From positions 768-64,767 of the forward strand of contig JAYVOP010000077.1 in NCBI GenBank assembly GCA_043757865.1: 64,000 nucleotides of DNA, read 5' to 3'. Positions 10,601-19,200 of the stretch are shown here, piece after piece; positions within the stretch are counted from its first letter, which is position 1, and each line of letters starts with the position of its first letter. The notes below the pieces were generated by a model that saw only the letters and a program-made list of their open reading frames with translations, made no database searches and had not been told where the DNA came from. Source of the stretch: Verrucomicrobiales bacterium. Its GTDB lineage: Bacteria; Verrucomicrobiota; Verrucomicrobiia; Verrucomicrobiales; V1-33. The position numbers and the translations under genes are program-made.

Positions 10601-11097
10601 AAATTGTCCTCGTCATCATGATCGCCATCGCCATCGTCCAAGGTGGAAACTTTGTCTAACCAGAGTTGCAAGGCCGCACTAAGCACCACCGGAGCCTCCA
10701 CCACAGGCTTTTCGGCAGCCTCCCGGACTGGTTCCACCGTCTCTTGCAGATCCTCCCGGGGCTCATACCATGGATTCCCCACCGCCTGGAGTAGACCTGC
10801 CACGTGCTTGCACAAGAAGCCCTCGATACAACTACACTGCGTGTGCAACTCACACGTTTTTCCATACGGCAGCAGCGTGGCGGAAGCCTCCAACGGAGCC
10901 ATACTGCGGGTGGCGATCTTCCCCCGCAGTTTGATAACATTGCCCGCCTGCGTGATCTCTAAGCCATAGACCATGCGCGCTTGGACGAACACCGCCGCCG
11001 ATTCCAACTCCGCACGCCCGAACCCCACGCCGCCCAAAGCACGGAGCGGCAGGAGATTGCCAATTTGATGGCGGAGATGGGAGGGAGGAGCAGGCAT
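7672..11097 (-). CDS. SNF2-family helicase with an N-terminal SWIM zinc finger.
   Basis: SWIM 'CSCIEGFLCKHVAG'; SNF2 motifs 'LADDMGLGKT', 'DEAQNIKN', 'LSGTPMEN', 'WWNPAAENQATDRAHRFGQ'. Confidence 0.9.
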   Translation of the reverse strand: MPAPPSHLRHQIGNLLPLRALGGVGFGRAELESAAVFVQARMVYGLEITQAGNVIKLRGKIATRSMAPLEASATLLPYGKTCELHTQCSCIEGFLCKHVAGLLQAVGNPWYEPREDLQETVEPVREAAEKPVVEAPVVLSAALQLWLDKVSTLDDGDGDHDDEDNFFPSAETQFRLLYVFSRVAAQSQLVQLSLTTAKLNSEGDYVFHAPFNLDYKQAPEFLSPGDVALVDVLRKLRTEAGLVPRGRWWLQVLPRLWLSGRALWEALDQPALAISEEEITLSTGWLSLENGRQRPILTSAGRTLVVLPTQPIQVMDLTSHTVHPVARRPSAKFLLGWLDMDDLSPADADQLAHHLEKPSRTSPAVVAPPKLQTVQAFDQPPQPILRLFGEKVFSSYYAGAAAFTYDQVVRLAEVEFTYEAAPEKCFAFGRGAEKVSVLHAERLVELARNLPAERDLADGLSARGLRRLAEVMTFGVKPALKHVYCHAPDAPTRWFTFLQTQVPLLKERGWRVETEATFDLELLTPDAWYEEVKEGERADWFTVDCGYETNGARVPLLPAIIAFLRSAGSFSVLSDLAKMGTAPIMLPVGKKYLPYPADRFHRLLSALTELYSRSPGLLKEGKLEVHRLRAAQLAALATQREEAMFAQTSEALQQLGAKLSGAQVWEEAEKPAGLKADLRPYQLDGYRWLRFLATARLGGVLADDMGLGKTLQTLAHLLAEKEAGAMDRPSLIVAPKSVVFNWAEEAARFTPKLRCMIYTGLDRAKHLANFKKHDLILTSYPILARDEDILAQQAFHIVILDEAQNIKNHSTRTAQAACRLDSRLRLCLSGTPMENHLGELWSIFHFLMPGFLGGKDFFGTTFREPIEEQGDDDARQRLSQRIAPVLLRRTKQAVLQDLPDKIETIHRVELSAQQKDLYEAVRAAMDKRVQEEITSKGAERSQIMILDALLKLRQVCCDPRLLKMDAAANVTESAKLDALMEVLLPLVEDGRRVLLFSQFTQMLALIQQRLEEEKISFLLLTGQTENRQELVHEFQKGETPVFLISLKAGGVGLNLTAADTVIHYDPWWNPAAENQATDRAHRFGQKNTVFVYKFICQDTIEEKILLLQRKKAELVQGLLEGKGEKLKLTSDDLAYLLEPVK

Positions 11098-11499
11098 TAG
11101 TCGGTGGTCCCTTTCATAAACAGGCCACAGGAAATGACAGCCGATTTTTCAGAATGGTGCGCGCCTTACCAAGGCGCTCCATCATGCCGAGTAATCCACA
11201 GCGCCTTGGCAAGGAGCGAACCGTTCGATCCCATGACCAACAACTTTCGCAGAAGTAGGGATATTCGCAGAAGTTGTTCTCACCCCTACGACTTATCCCC
11301 ACCTCCCCCCACTCTCTCCCAAAGTTCTGCCCAGCGCCAGGGCCGATGGAATCAGCCTGGGATCAAGCCTCGATGAGTTGTTGCAGTTATTCCCAGGTTA
11401 TAAGAAGAAGATATTGTCTAGGCCAAAATTTAACTCTCACTTATAGGGTGTGGATAACCCTCAACCGAAAGGAGTCCATGCTTTGCATTGGGCCGACTC

Positions 11500-12264
11500 T
11501 TAAGGCTTGGCTAGTTTACGCACTTTGAGATTCCGATAACGCACGAATTGCTTGGTGTAGTCGCCACCGCCATGGACTTGCAGGGCGATGCCGCCACTGG
11601 CGAGCTGCACGTTGTCCTTGTCCGTATATTCCATGAACTTCACGTCGTTGATGTAGGTGATGATATGCGGAGGATTGCTTTGGATGCTAGTGCGGAGGGT
11701 GTTCCAGGTGCCGTGCTTCCAAAACTTAGCCCAGTCGGCAGCGGGCACGGGTAGCGGAGTCGGGGGCTCGCCTGTGTTCTTGGCTTCGATCTCGTCTGGC
11801 TTGGTGGTGAAATTATAATTCCGTAGGTGGGGCTTACCGCCCATGCCTTCCGCATAGATGCCCATGACGTTGCCACCCGTGTGATAGTCGATCATCGCTT
11901 GCCAGGCTTTGCCATCTTCCGTGCTGCGGAGAAAGAGGCCGCTGTCCGGGCCGAAGTCGTTTTTCATTTCAATAGAAACCTCGAAGTCTGTGAAGGCTTC
12001 ATCGGTGACGATGAGGCCGCCATTGCCCGGCACGTCTTGGCTGCCAATGATGGCTCCGTCCACCACTTCCCATTTCCCACCAGAGGTGTTCTTGCTGGTG
12101 CGGCTATGGCCGGACTTAGCAGAGACGTGCCAGCCTTTGAGGGTGCTGCCATCAAAGAGGCTCACCCAGCCTTCCGTGGCCGGAGCGCTTTTTTCTTGGG
12201 CTAGGACTAAGGCCGCGCTGGTGAGCGCGATGACGACGGAGGAGGTAAGGATAAGTTTTCGCAT
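11500..12264 (-). CDS. Secreted DUF1080 (3-keto-disaccharide hydrolase-like) domain protein.
   Basis: Internal ATG gives the signal peptide MRKLILTSSVVIALTSAALVLA. Motifs: 'WVSLFDGSTLKGW', 'GKWEVVDGAIIG', 'GGLIVTDEAFTDFEVSIEMK', 'DSGLFLRS', 'IALQVHGG', 'VRYRNLKVRKL'. Confidence 0.8.
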   Translation of the reverse strand: MRKLILTSSVVIALTSAALVLAQEKSAPATEGWVSLFDGSTLKGWHVSAKSGHSRTSKNTSGGKWEVVDGAIIGSQDVPGNGGLIVTDEAFTDFEVSIEMKNDFGPDSGLFLRSTEDGKAWQAMIDYHTGGNVMGIYAEGMGGKPHLRNYNFTTKPDEIEAKNTGEPPTPLPVPAADWAKFWKHGTWNTLRTSIQSNPPHIITYINDVKFMEYTDKDNVQLASGGIALQVHGGGDYTKQFVRYRNLKVRKLAKP

Positions 12265-12380
12265 GAGTTGGGCATAGTTTACCTGCGCACTGCTCACAAG
12301 AGCACATTCGCGGGTCCGCCAGTGTGCTAGCCAAGGAGTCGGGGCCGTTGGCCTCGACATTCAAACTAGATGGTGGCTTC

Positions 12381-13214
12381 TTAGGATAGGGCCGCTTGGG
12401 CTTTGGCGGCGGCGGCGGCAGCGCGTTGTTGGATCTCCTCTGGGGAGGGGAGGTTGGCGAGAACATCTGCGGGGATGAAGCCATCCGAGACCATTTTGGT
12501 GAGGCATTTCTTGCGCTCGTTAAGGGCTTTGCTGGCGTCTCGTTCTTTGGAGAAACGAGATTTAGCGGCATCGCTGCGTTCCCGGAGGCGGGAGTAGATG
12601 TCTCCGCCTAACAGGGCGGAGATGTCCACTTTCATGGCCTCCCGTTGTAGGTCCGCGTCATTGACGGGCTCCCCATTAATGGGGCCGCTAGCATACTTGG
12701 GAAACATGATGGCTACCTCTGGGCAGACGCGGGAGCAGGCGGGGCAGTTGGTCTTACAGTTGTCGTTATTCTGGACCTGGATCTTGCCTTCTTTACTTAC
12801 GCCATAGACGTCGAAGAGGCAGAAGCTGAGGCACTGCATGCAGTTGGTGCAGCGGCTATAATCGATGACGGGAAACCACGGCTTCCACTGGCCGGGTTGG
12901 TTCATAGGGCGGTCTGCACGTTGCCGTTCTAGCGCGCTGAGCACTTCTGCTGGGCTGAGTTTCCCAATGTCCACATGGGGCACGTGGGGCTGCCTTTCCA
13001 GACCTTGAAACTGTGGTGCTGGCTGCCCGGAAAAATCCCCTAACACCAGTAGTATGGAGGCCTCATCTAACGGAGCGGCCCCGCCTAACGTGGTGAGTCC
13101 ATAGCCTTGGTCCAGCAAGCTGCGGCACAACTCGACCTTGCGTTCGGCGGCCAGCGGCTGGGCTCCGGGGCCTTCATAGAGGAGGACTTGGAAAGTAGTA
13201 GCAGCGTGGATCAT
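12381..13214 (-). CDS. 4Fe-4S dicluster-domain protein with uncharacterised N- and C-terminal regions.
   Basis: Two Cys clusters, 'CTNCMQCLSFC' and 'CKTNCPACSRVCP'. The start overlaps the upstream gene's stop (ATGA). Confidence 0.75.
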   Translation of the reverse strand: MIHAATTFQVLLYEGPGAQPLAAERKVELCRSLLDQGYGLTTLGGAAPLDEASILLVLGDFSGQPAPQFQGLERQPHVPHVDIGKLSPAEVLSALERQRADRPMNQPGQWKPWFPVIDYSRCTNCMQCLSFCLFDVYGVSKEGKIQVQNNDNCKTNCPACSRVCPEVAIMFPKYASGPINGEPVNDADLQREAMKVDISALLGGDIYSRLRERSDAAKSRFSKERDASKALNERKKCLTKMVSDGFIPADVLANLPSPEEIQQRAAAAAAKAQAALS

Positions 13215-13534
13215 GGGGTGGGGGAGGCGGTGAGTTGGGCGACGGCGGTGGCGGGAGCTAGCTCCCGCAGGTTGATTATTTCTGCGTCAGCAGGCAGCGG
13301 GGCATCAGCCGCGTGGAAGAGCCACTGGACGGCCCGGGCATGGCAGGCGGCTATTTTCCAGCCGGACTGCTGGGCCATGACGGCTAGGCGCGGATCGCGA
13401 CGGGCGGACATCTCACAGAGGTCCGCCACTGCGGTGAATGGGGTGCTCGTGGCGCAGAGTTCGTGCAACACCGCATCCTTGGTTTCATCAGGGATGACTT
13501 GAGCGTAAGCACAACGGCAGTAAAGAATGGGCAT
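13211..13534 (-). CDS. Small Cys-containing hypothetical protein, translationally coupled to the Fe-S protein.
   Basis: A 107-aa ORF with five Cys (C6, C8, C27, C40, C64). 4-nt ATGA overlap with 12381..13214. No family recognised. Confidence 0.45.
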   Translation of the reverse strand: MPILYCRCAYAQVIPDETKDAVLHELCATSTPFTAVADLCEMSARRDPRLAVMAQQSGWKIAACHARAVQWLFHAADAPLPADAEIINLRELAPATAVAQLTASPTP

Positions 13535-13546
13535 AGGGTAAAGCGA

Positions 13547-14167
13547 CTAGTAGGAAAGTGGTGAGGAGACAGTGAGACCACGCGCAGCTAACATGCGGTC
13601 GAGATATTTTGCTAGCATGTCGAATTCCACATTCACGCGCTGGCCCGCTTGGAGGTGGCGCAGCGTGGTGACGGCGTGGGTGTGCGGGGTGATCCAGAGC
13701 GTAAGTTGATCCGGCTGGAGATCGGCTATGGTGAGGCTGATGCCGTCCAGGCAGAGACTGCCTTTCAAACTGAGAAATCGCGCGCTATCCCGTGGCACGC
13801 GGATGATAAACTCATGGTCCGCACCCACAGCGGCATAGTGTAGGACCTCCACTGTGGTGTCCACGTGCCCTTGCACGAAATGGCCGCTGAAGCGTGTGTC
13901 CGCGCGTATGGCGCGCTCTAGATTCACCGCTGTGCCCACGGCTAGCGTGCCCAGATTTGTGAGGCGTAAGGTTTCTCCTAGCAAGTCAAACGCACACCTG
14001 CCCACCCCAAACTCCACCACCGTGAGACAGCAGCCATTCACCGCCACACTCTCCCCTAACGTGAGATCACTAGCAAAGGCCACATCTCCGAGCACTAGCC
14101 GCCCGCCCTGCTCATGCAGCGTGAGTGCGGCCACAGTGCCAGTCGATTCCACAATGCCAGTAAACAT
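13547..14167 (-). CDS. ribE: Riboflavin synthase alpha chain.
   Basis: 'MFTGIVESTGTV', 'GESVAVNGCCLTV', and a duplicated lumazine-binding half 'GSLCLDGISLTI'. Confidence 0.9.
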   Translation of the reverse strand: MFTGIVESTGTVAALTLHEQGGRLVLGDVAFASDLTLGESVAVNGCCLTVVEFGVGRCAFDLLGETLRLTNLGTLAVGTAVNLERAIRADTRFSGHFVQGHVDTTVEVLHYAAVGADHEFIIRVPRDSARFLSLKGSLCLDGISLTIADLQPDQLTLWITPHTHAVTTLRHLQAGQRVNVEFDMLAKYLDRMLAARGLTVSSPLSY

Positions 14168-14170
14168 ACG

Positions 14171-14578
14171 CTACGAGTGGCGGCGGGGCGCTGATCCCGT
14201 GGGTAAGAACGGCTCCACAAAGGCACTGTGGAAATCATACACATCCGCAAAGTCCTCGATCATATCCTCTGGGCTCTGGGAGAAGACGCCTTGCTCAATC
14301 AAGTGAAAAACAATCTCCCCCACATTTTTCGTGGATTTCAGGCCCCAGTTCTCTAGCAAGGTGGGCACCATGGGACCGAAACTTTTCAGCAAATAAGCGC
14401 GGAAGCCTTCGAGCAGTTCCGGCCCACGTAGATGCGAGGCCCCGCCTTGTTGCTCACGGGCGTAGTGCTCCAGCGTATGATTCAAGGCATCCCGCACGAG
14501 GCCGTAGGCTTCTGGCGCAAAGCGTTGGTCCTGCTGGAGAATAGCAGCGACAGCGCGGTCGAATTCGACTTTGGGCAT
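14171..14578 (-). CDS. Conserved hypothetical protein. From memory it resembles the PVC-restricted 'Minf_1886'-type family (unverified).
   Basis: A 135-aa ORF ending 3 nt upstream of the ribE start. 'HLRGPELLEGFR...FGPM...LENWGLKSTKNVGEIVFHLIEQGV' looks like a conserved globular domain. Confidence 0.55.
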   Translation of the reverse strand: MPKVEFDRAVAAILQQDQRFAPEAYGLVRDALNHTLEHYAREQQGGASHLRGPELLEGFRAYLLKSFGPMVPTLLENWGLKSTKNVGEIVFHLIEQGVFSQSPEDMIEDFADVYDFHSAFVEPFLPTGSAPRRHS

Positions 14579-14708
14579 AATGGGTGAGGATGGTTGGTGA
14601 ATGAGGACGGGAAGGGACGTAGCGCACTACCAAGGCACCAAGCCGCCAGCGCCATCAAGAGAAATCTTCTTTCCGTAGTCCACGCCTTGATCTAGGCTCG
14701 CGCCCGTT

Positions 14709-15389
14709 ATGCTTTTAAAATCCCTCCTCATCCTCGCTTGTCTCACCCGCTTTGCCTCTGCCGCCGCCGTGCAGATCGATGAAACGATGTCAGAAAAAAT
14801 CCCCACCAATGCCGCCGACCTCCAGGAGTCGGACTTGCTAGGCACCTATGTGCAACTAGCCACTGGCGGCATCCTGGAGTTCCAGCCTAACGGCAAACTC
14901 AACGGCTGGCCCGCCACTGGCACCTGGAAGATCGTGGGGCCGCATCGCGTGGAAATGACCCAGACGCTCAAGGGTAAAAAGGAACGGACGCCTGTGGAAA
15001 TGTTTCCCCAAGCCGAGGGCCTCCTCATGGTGCGCAACATCAATGGGGAGAACCAGACCTCTCCACTCCATCGCCTTGTAAGATCCAAGCTGGATGCCAA
15101 GGCGTGGCAAGGACCATGCACCATCCACGTGCTCGTCTCTGGGACTAAGACCGCCACTGCACGCCCGGCAAAATTTACCGAGGACGGCTACCTCCGCACG
15201 CCCGAAGGCGGCTACTGGCTCAAGCTCCTAGCTGATAAATCCGGCACGGGCACACTAGGATTCACCTCTGATCTGGAAGACCAAACGATGGTCATTTACC
15301 TATATAAAGTAGGCCCCCTGGTGGTGCTCTTCGATCAACTGGAAAAGCCCAAACTGCTGGCGATGATCCAACTCGGGACGATGCCGTAA
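14709..15389 (+). CDS. Secreted hypothetical protein.
   Basis: Signal peptide MLLKSLLILACLTRFASAAAV. No recognisable domain. Confidence 0.6.
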   Translation: MLLKSLLILACLTRFASAAAVQIDETMSEKIPTNAADLQESDLLGTYVQLATGGILEFQPNGKLNGWPATGTWKIVGPHRVEMTQTLKGKKERTPVEMFPQAEGLLMVRNINGENQTSPLHRLVRSKLDAKAWQGPCTIHVLVSGTKTATARPAKFTEDGYLRTPEGGYWLKLLADKSGTGTLGFTSDLEDQTMVIYLYKVGPLVVLFDQLEKPKLLAMIQLGTMP

Positions 15390-15409
15390 CTACTTGTCCA
15401 CACGGCAAA

Positions 15410-15447
15410 CCGCCGCAATCCTCACGGACTGCGGCGGCGGCGTTTTT
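15410..15447. terminator. Candidate bidirectional terminator between convergent genes.
   Basis: An 8-bp stem (ccgccgca / tgcggcgg) with a 12-nt loop. It is followed by 'cggcgttttt' on the plus strand and by 'tttgcc' on the minus strand. Confidence 0.5.
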
Positions 15448-15462
15448 GAAGTTAGGATAAAA

Positions 15463-16008
15463 TTAAGCAGCCTTCTTCTTTGGCGTTACGGGCGCTTCTT
15501 TTTTATCTGCTTTCGGGGCGTCCTGCTTGGGCTCAGGCTTCGCTTCTGGCTTGGCAGCGGCTTTCTCACCCTTTACGCTGGCGAGAATGTTATCGAAGGT
15601 GCCTTCACCAATGCCATCCACCATGATGAGATCTTCCCCACCAGCGAACGGACGATCGTCGATGATGGCCTTGGCCTTCGCATCACCGATACCGTCCACG
15701 GCAGTCAGTCCCTTGGCATCCGCTTTGTTCGCATAGGCTAGCAACTTGGTCTTTTGGGCCGCCGTTAGGGCTTCCACTTTTTTCTTGGCACCAGCGAGCA
15801 GGGCTTTGTCGTCTGCGCTTAGTTCCTCGGGCTTTTGCTTGCTTTTAGAGACGGGCTTTTTAGCCACGGGGGTCTTTTTATCTGTTTTTGCGTCGGCCTT
15901 AGCATCAGCGGTGGCAGCGGGTTTGGCATCATCAGTCTTCTTCGGAGCGGCTTGGCTGAACGAAGTCAGAAGGCCTAACGTGAGAGCGAGCAAGATGGAT
16001 TTTTTCAT
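15463..16008 (-). CDS. Secreted ComEA-like helix-hairpin-helix DNA-binding protein with Lys/Ala-rich tails.
   Basis: Internal ATG gives the signal peptide MKKSILLALTLGLLTSFSQA. HhH motifs 'LTAVDGIGDAKAKAII' and 'LIMVDGIGEGTFDNI'. Flanked by KA/KP-rich low-complexity regions. Confidence 0.7.
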   Translation of the reverse strand: MKKSILLALTLGLLTSFSQAAPKKTDDAKPAATADAKADAKTDKKTPVAKKPVSKSKQKPEELSADDKALLAGAKKKVEALTAAQKTKLLAYANKADAKGLTAVDGIGDAKAKAIIDDRPFAGGEDLIMVDGIGEGTFDNILASVKGEKAAAKPEAKPEPKQDAPKADKKEAPVTPKKKAA

Positions 16009-16285
16009 AGGACGAACGGTTTTTTTTATTTGGGTTGTTAGTAGATAGATCAAGAGACCTCCCGAGAGATCCCCCGTGCTGCGTGGTTAGCGACAAGGAG
16101 GCGGGAAGTCCAGAGAAATAAGCGTGGCTTACGCTTCGAGGGGTTCTGACGATACCGTCATACTTTTATTCGCAGGCGCGCAGGCTTCGTCAGCCTGGAC
16201 GTTTTCACGTAGGGGAAAACCTTAAATGGGGGAGTGCCCGGTCTGGGGCTTTGTGGCATGGATAGGTTCCGTTTTCCCCCTCTTT

Positions 16286-19200
16286 ATGATTCGTCGCGTT
16301 ATTAGTTCCATTTTTCTCGTGTGTGCTCTGTTTCCTGAGCCGGGGAGGGGTGCGGACGCGGTTAATTTTAGTGCGCAGATCCGGCCCATTTTATCGAAGG
16401 CGTGTTTCCACTGCCATGGGGCGGATGAGCAGTCCCGGAAGGCGAAGCTGCGGCTTGATGTGCGGGCGGACGCCTTGCTAGTGCGGGACGGTGGCGTAAC
16501 GCCGATCCGGCCTGGGGATTTGGCTGGCAGCGCACTGCTCCAGCGCATCCAGAGCCATGATCCTGAGGAAATCATGCCGCCACCAAAGTCCGGACCAGGG
16601 CTGAAGCCAGCGGAAATCGCCTTGTTAGAACAATGGATTTCGGAGGGCGCGGAATACCAAGGCCACTGGGCTTTTACGAAGCCCACGCGTCCGGCGGTGC
16701 CCGCTACGGGCGTGACGTGGCCGAGGCAGCCGTTGGATCATTTCATTTTGGAAAAGCTGACAGCGGCGGGATTGCAACCAGCTGTGGAGGCAGATCGGGC
16801 CACGTTAGCGCGTCGCGTAGCGCTGGATCTCACGGGGCTTCCGCCAGCGGCTGCGGTGGCGCAGGTGTTCTTGGCGGATGCGGCTCCAGAGGCCTACGAA
16901 CGCTATGTAGATGCGCTGCTAGGCACGCCTGCTTATGGGGAGCGCTGGGCGCGGATGTGGATGGATCTGGCGCGCTATGCGGACAGTGCGGGCTATGGCT
17001 CGGACCCCTTGCGGCTGAATATCTGGCCCTACCGGGATTGGGTGATCCGAGCGTTTAATGACAATGTGCCTTACGATGCCTTTTCTCGTGCGCAGTTAGC
17101 CGGGGATTTGATTCCGAACACGTCGCCAGAGGAGTTAGTGGCCACGGCGTTTCATCGGAATACGATGACGAATACGGAGGGCGGCACGGACGATGAAGAG
17201 TGGCGGGTGGCCGCCGTGAAAGATCGCACGCATGTGACGCTGCAAGTCTGGATGGGCCTCACCATGGGCTGCGCGCAGTGTCATAGTCATAAATTCGATC
17301 CGATTTCCCAGACGGAGTTTTACTCGACGTATGCGTTGTTTAACCAAACGGCGGACCACGATGCCAACGATGAATCTCCCACGCTGCCGATCCCCGATCC
17401 CAGCCAGCAGACCCACCGCGGGCATTTGCAGGCAGAGCTAGGCGAACTCCAAAAGGCCGCTGCGGAAGGCACACCCGCGCTAGCCGCAGAGCAGGCCGCG
17501 TGGGAGCAGCACGTGCAACAAGCTGTGGCCTGGGAACCGCTGGCCATCCAATCCCTAACTGCGGCGGACCCGCCCAGTTGGGAAAATCAGCCAGATCATT
17601 CCGTGCTGATCAAAGCAGGCGCGGCGGCTCAGAACACTTATCATTTAACCGCCATCAGCAACCTCCGGGGAATCACCGCCGTGCGGCTGGAGGCGCTGCC
17701 AGATAACAGCCTGCCCAGCCACGGGCCGGGCGCCGCGCTTAATGGCAATGCCGTGCTCACAGGACTTACCCTCAGCGCCCAGCCCACGCAGAAGGTGGTG
17801 CCACATGTCCGTTATGTGCGGGTGGACGCTCCGGGGAAAGGTCGCTTTCTGCATCTGGCGGAAGTGGAAGTTTTCAGTGGTCGCACCAATGTGGCTCGCC
17901 AAGGCAAGGCGAGCCAAGTGAGCACGGACTTTGGTGGCGTGGCGCAGCGGGGCATTGATGGGAATACGAATGGCGACTATAAAGCGAATAGCGTCACGCA
18001 TACCGCCGCCACGGATAATCCCTGGTGGGAACTGGATCTAGGGAAAGAATATCCCGTGGATCAACTAGTGATGTGGAATCGGCTGGATGGCGGCATGGAC
18101 GCGCGCTTGGTACCATTTACCATCACGGCTCTCAGCGATACCCACACCACCGTCTGGACGCAGACGACCACCGTGGCTCCGAATCCGAGCATTACTTACG
18201 ATCTCACGGCTAGCCGACCCCACATCGCCCTGCAATACGCCACCAGCACCTACGCCCAGCCGGGCTGGGAGGTGGGCCGGGCCATTGATGGTGATGCCAA
18301 AACGGGCTGGGCCTTTTCCCCGCGCTGTGGGGAGCCGCATACAGCGGTTTTTGAGTTAGCGGAGCCGCTGGACTTTGGTGAGGCGGCGGCGGCGGCACTG
18401 GAAATTTCGCTGGCCCAAGAGTATGGGGAAAATCACACGTTAGGGAAATTCCGCCTCTCCGTCACGGCGGCCCCCCAGCCTGTGATCGCGCTTTCAGAGA
18501 GCTTGCGCAGCATCTTCAGTAAGATCCCGGGCACGCGGACCGCCGCAGAAGCACGCACGCTGCGGGAGTGCTTTCTGCCCACCTCCAAAGTCCAGCCGCA
18601 GCTCACGCAGGCCGTGGCGGATAAGCAAAAGCAGATCGAGTCGATCAAGCCAGTGGCCGTGCCCGTGATGCAGGAACTAGCCGCCGACCACGCCCGCACG
18701 ACCCATTTATTGAACAAGGGAAATTTCCTGGACCCCGGCCCCGTGGTCACGCCAGCGGTACCTGCCGCGTTCGGTCCGTGGCCCGCCGCTGCTCCGCAAA
18801 ATCGGCTGGGACTAGCAGACTGGATCTTTAGCCCAGAGAACCCGCTGACGGCCCGCGTGGCGGTGAATCGCTTCTGGGCGCAGTTGTTCGGCACGGGGCT
18901 GGTGGAGACGGAGGAAGACTTCGGCACGCAGGGCACCTTGCCCAGCCATCCGCAGTTGCTGGATTGGCTAGCCTGTGAGTTTACCGCGCAACATTGGGAC
19001 GTGAAGGCGCTGCTAAAAATGATCGTCACCAGCGCCACCTACCGCCAAAGCAGCCAGGTGACGGCGGAATTATTAGCCAAAGATGAGCGCGGACGTTTGC
19101 TGAGTCGGTATCCGCGGCGGCGGCTGGATGCCGAGCAGGTGCGGGATCAAGCACTGGCCCTAGCCGGATTGCTGAGTGGGAAATTGGGCGGCCCCAGCGT

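Noticed and set aside
14579-14708. Looked for an FMN (RFN) riboswitch upstream of the ribE-containing transcription unit.
   Set aside because: The region is only ~130 nt and lacks the conserved RFN core features I can recall. ribE here follows another gene with a 3-nt gap, so any leader would precede a non-riboflavin gene.
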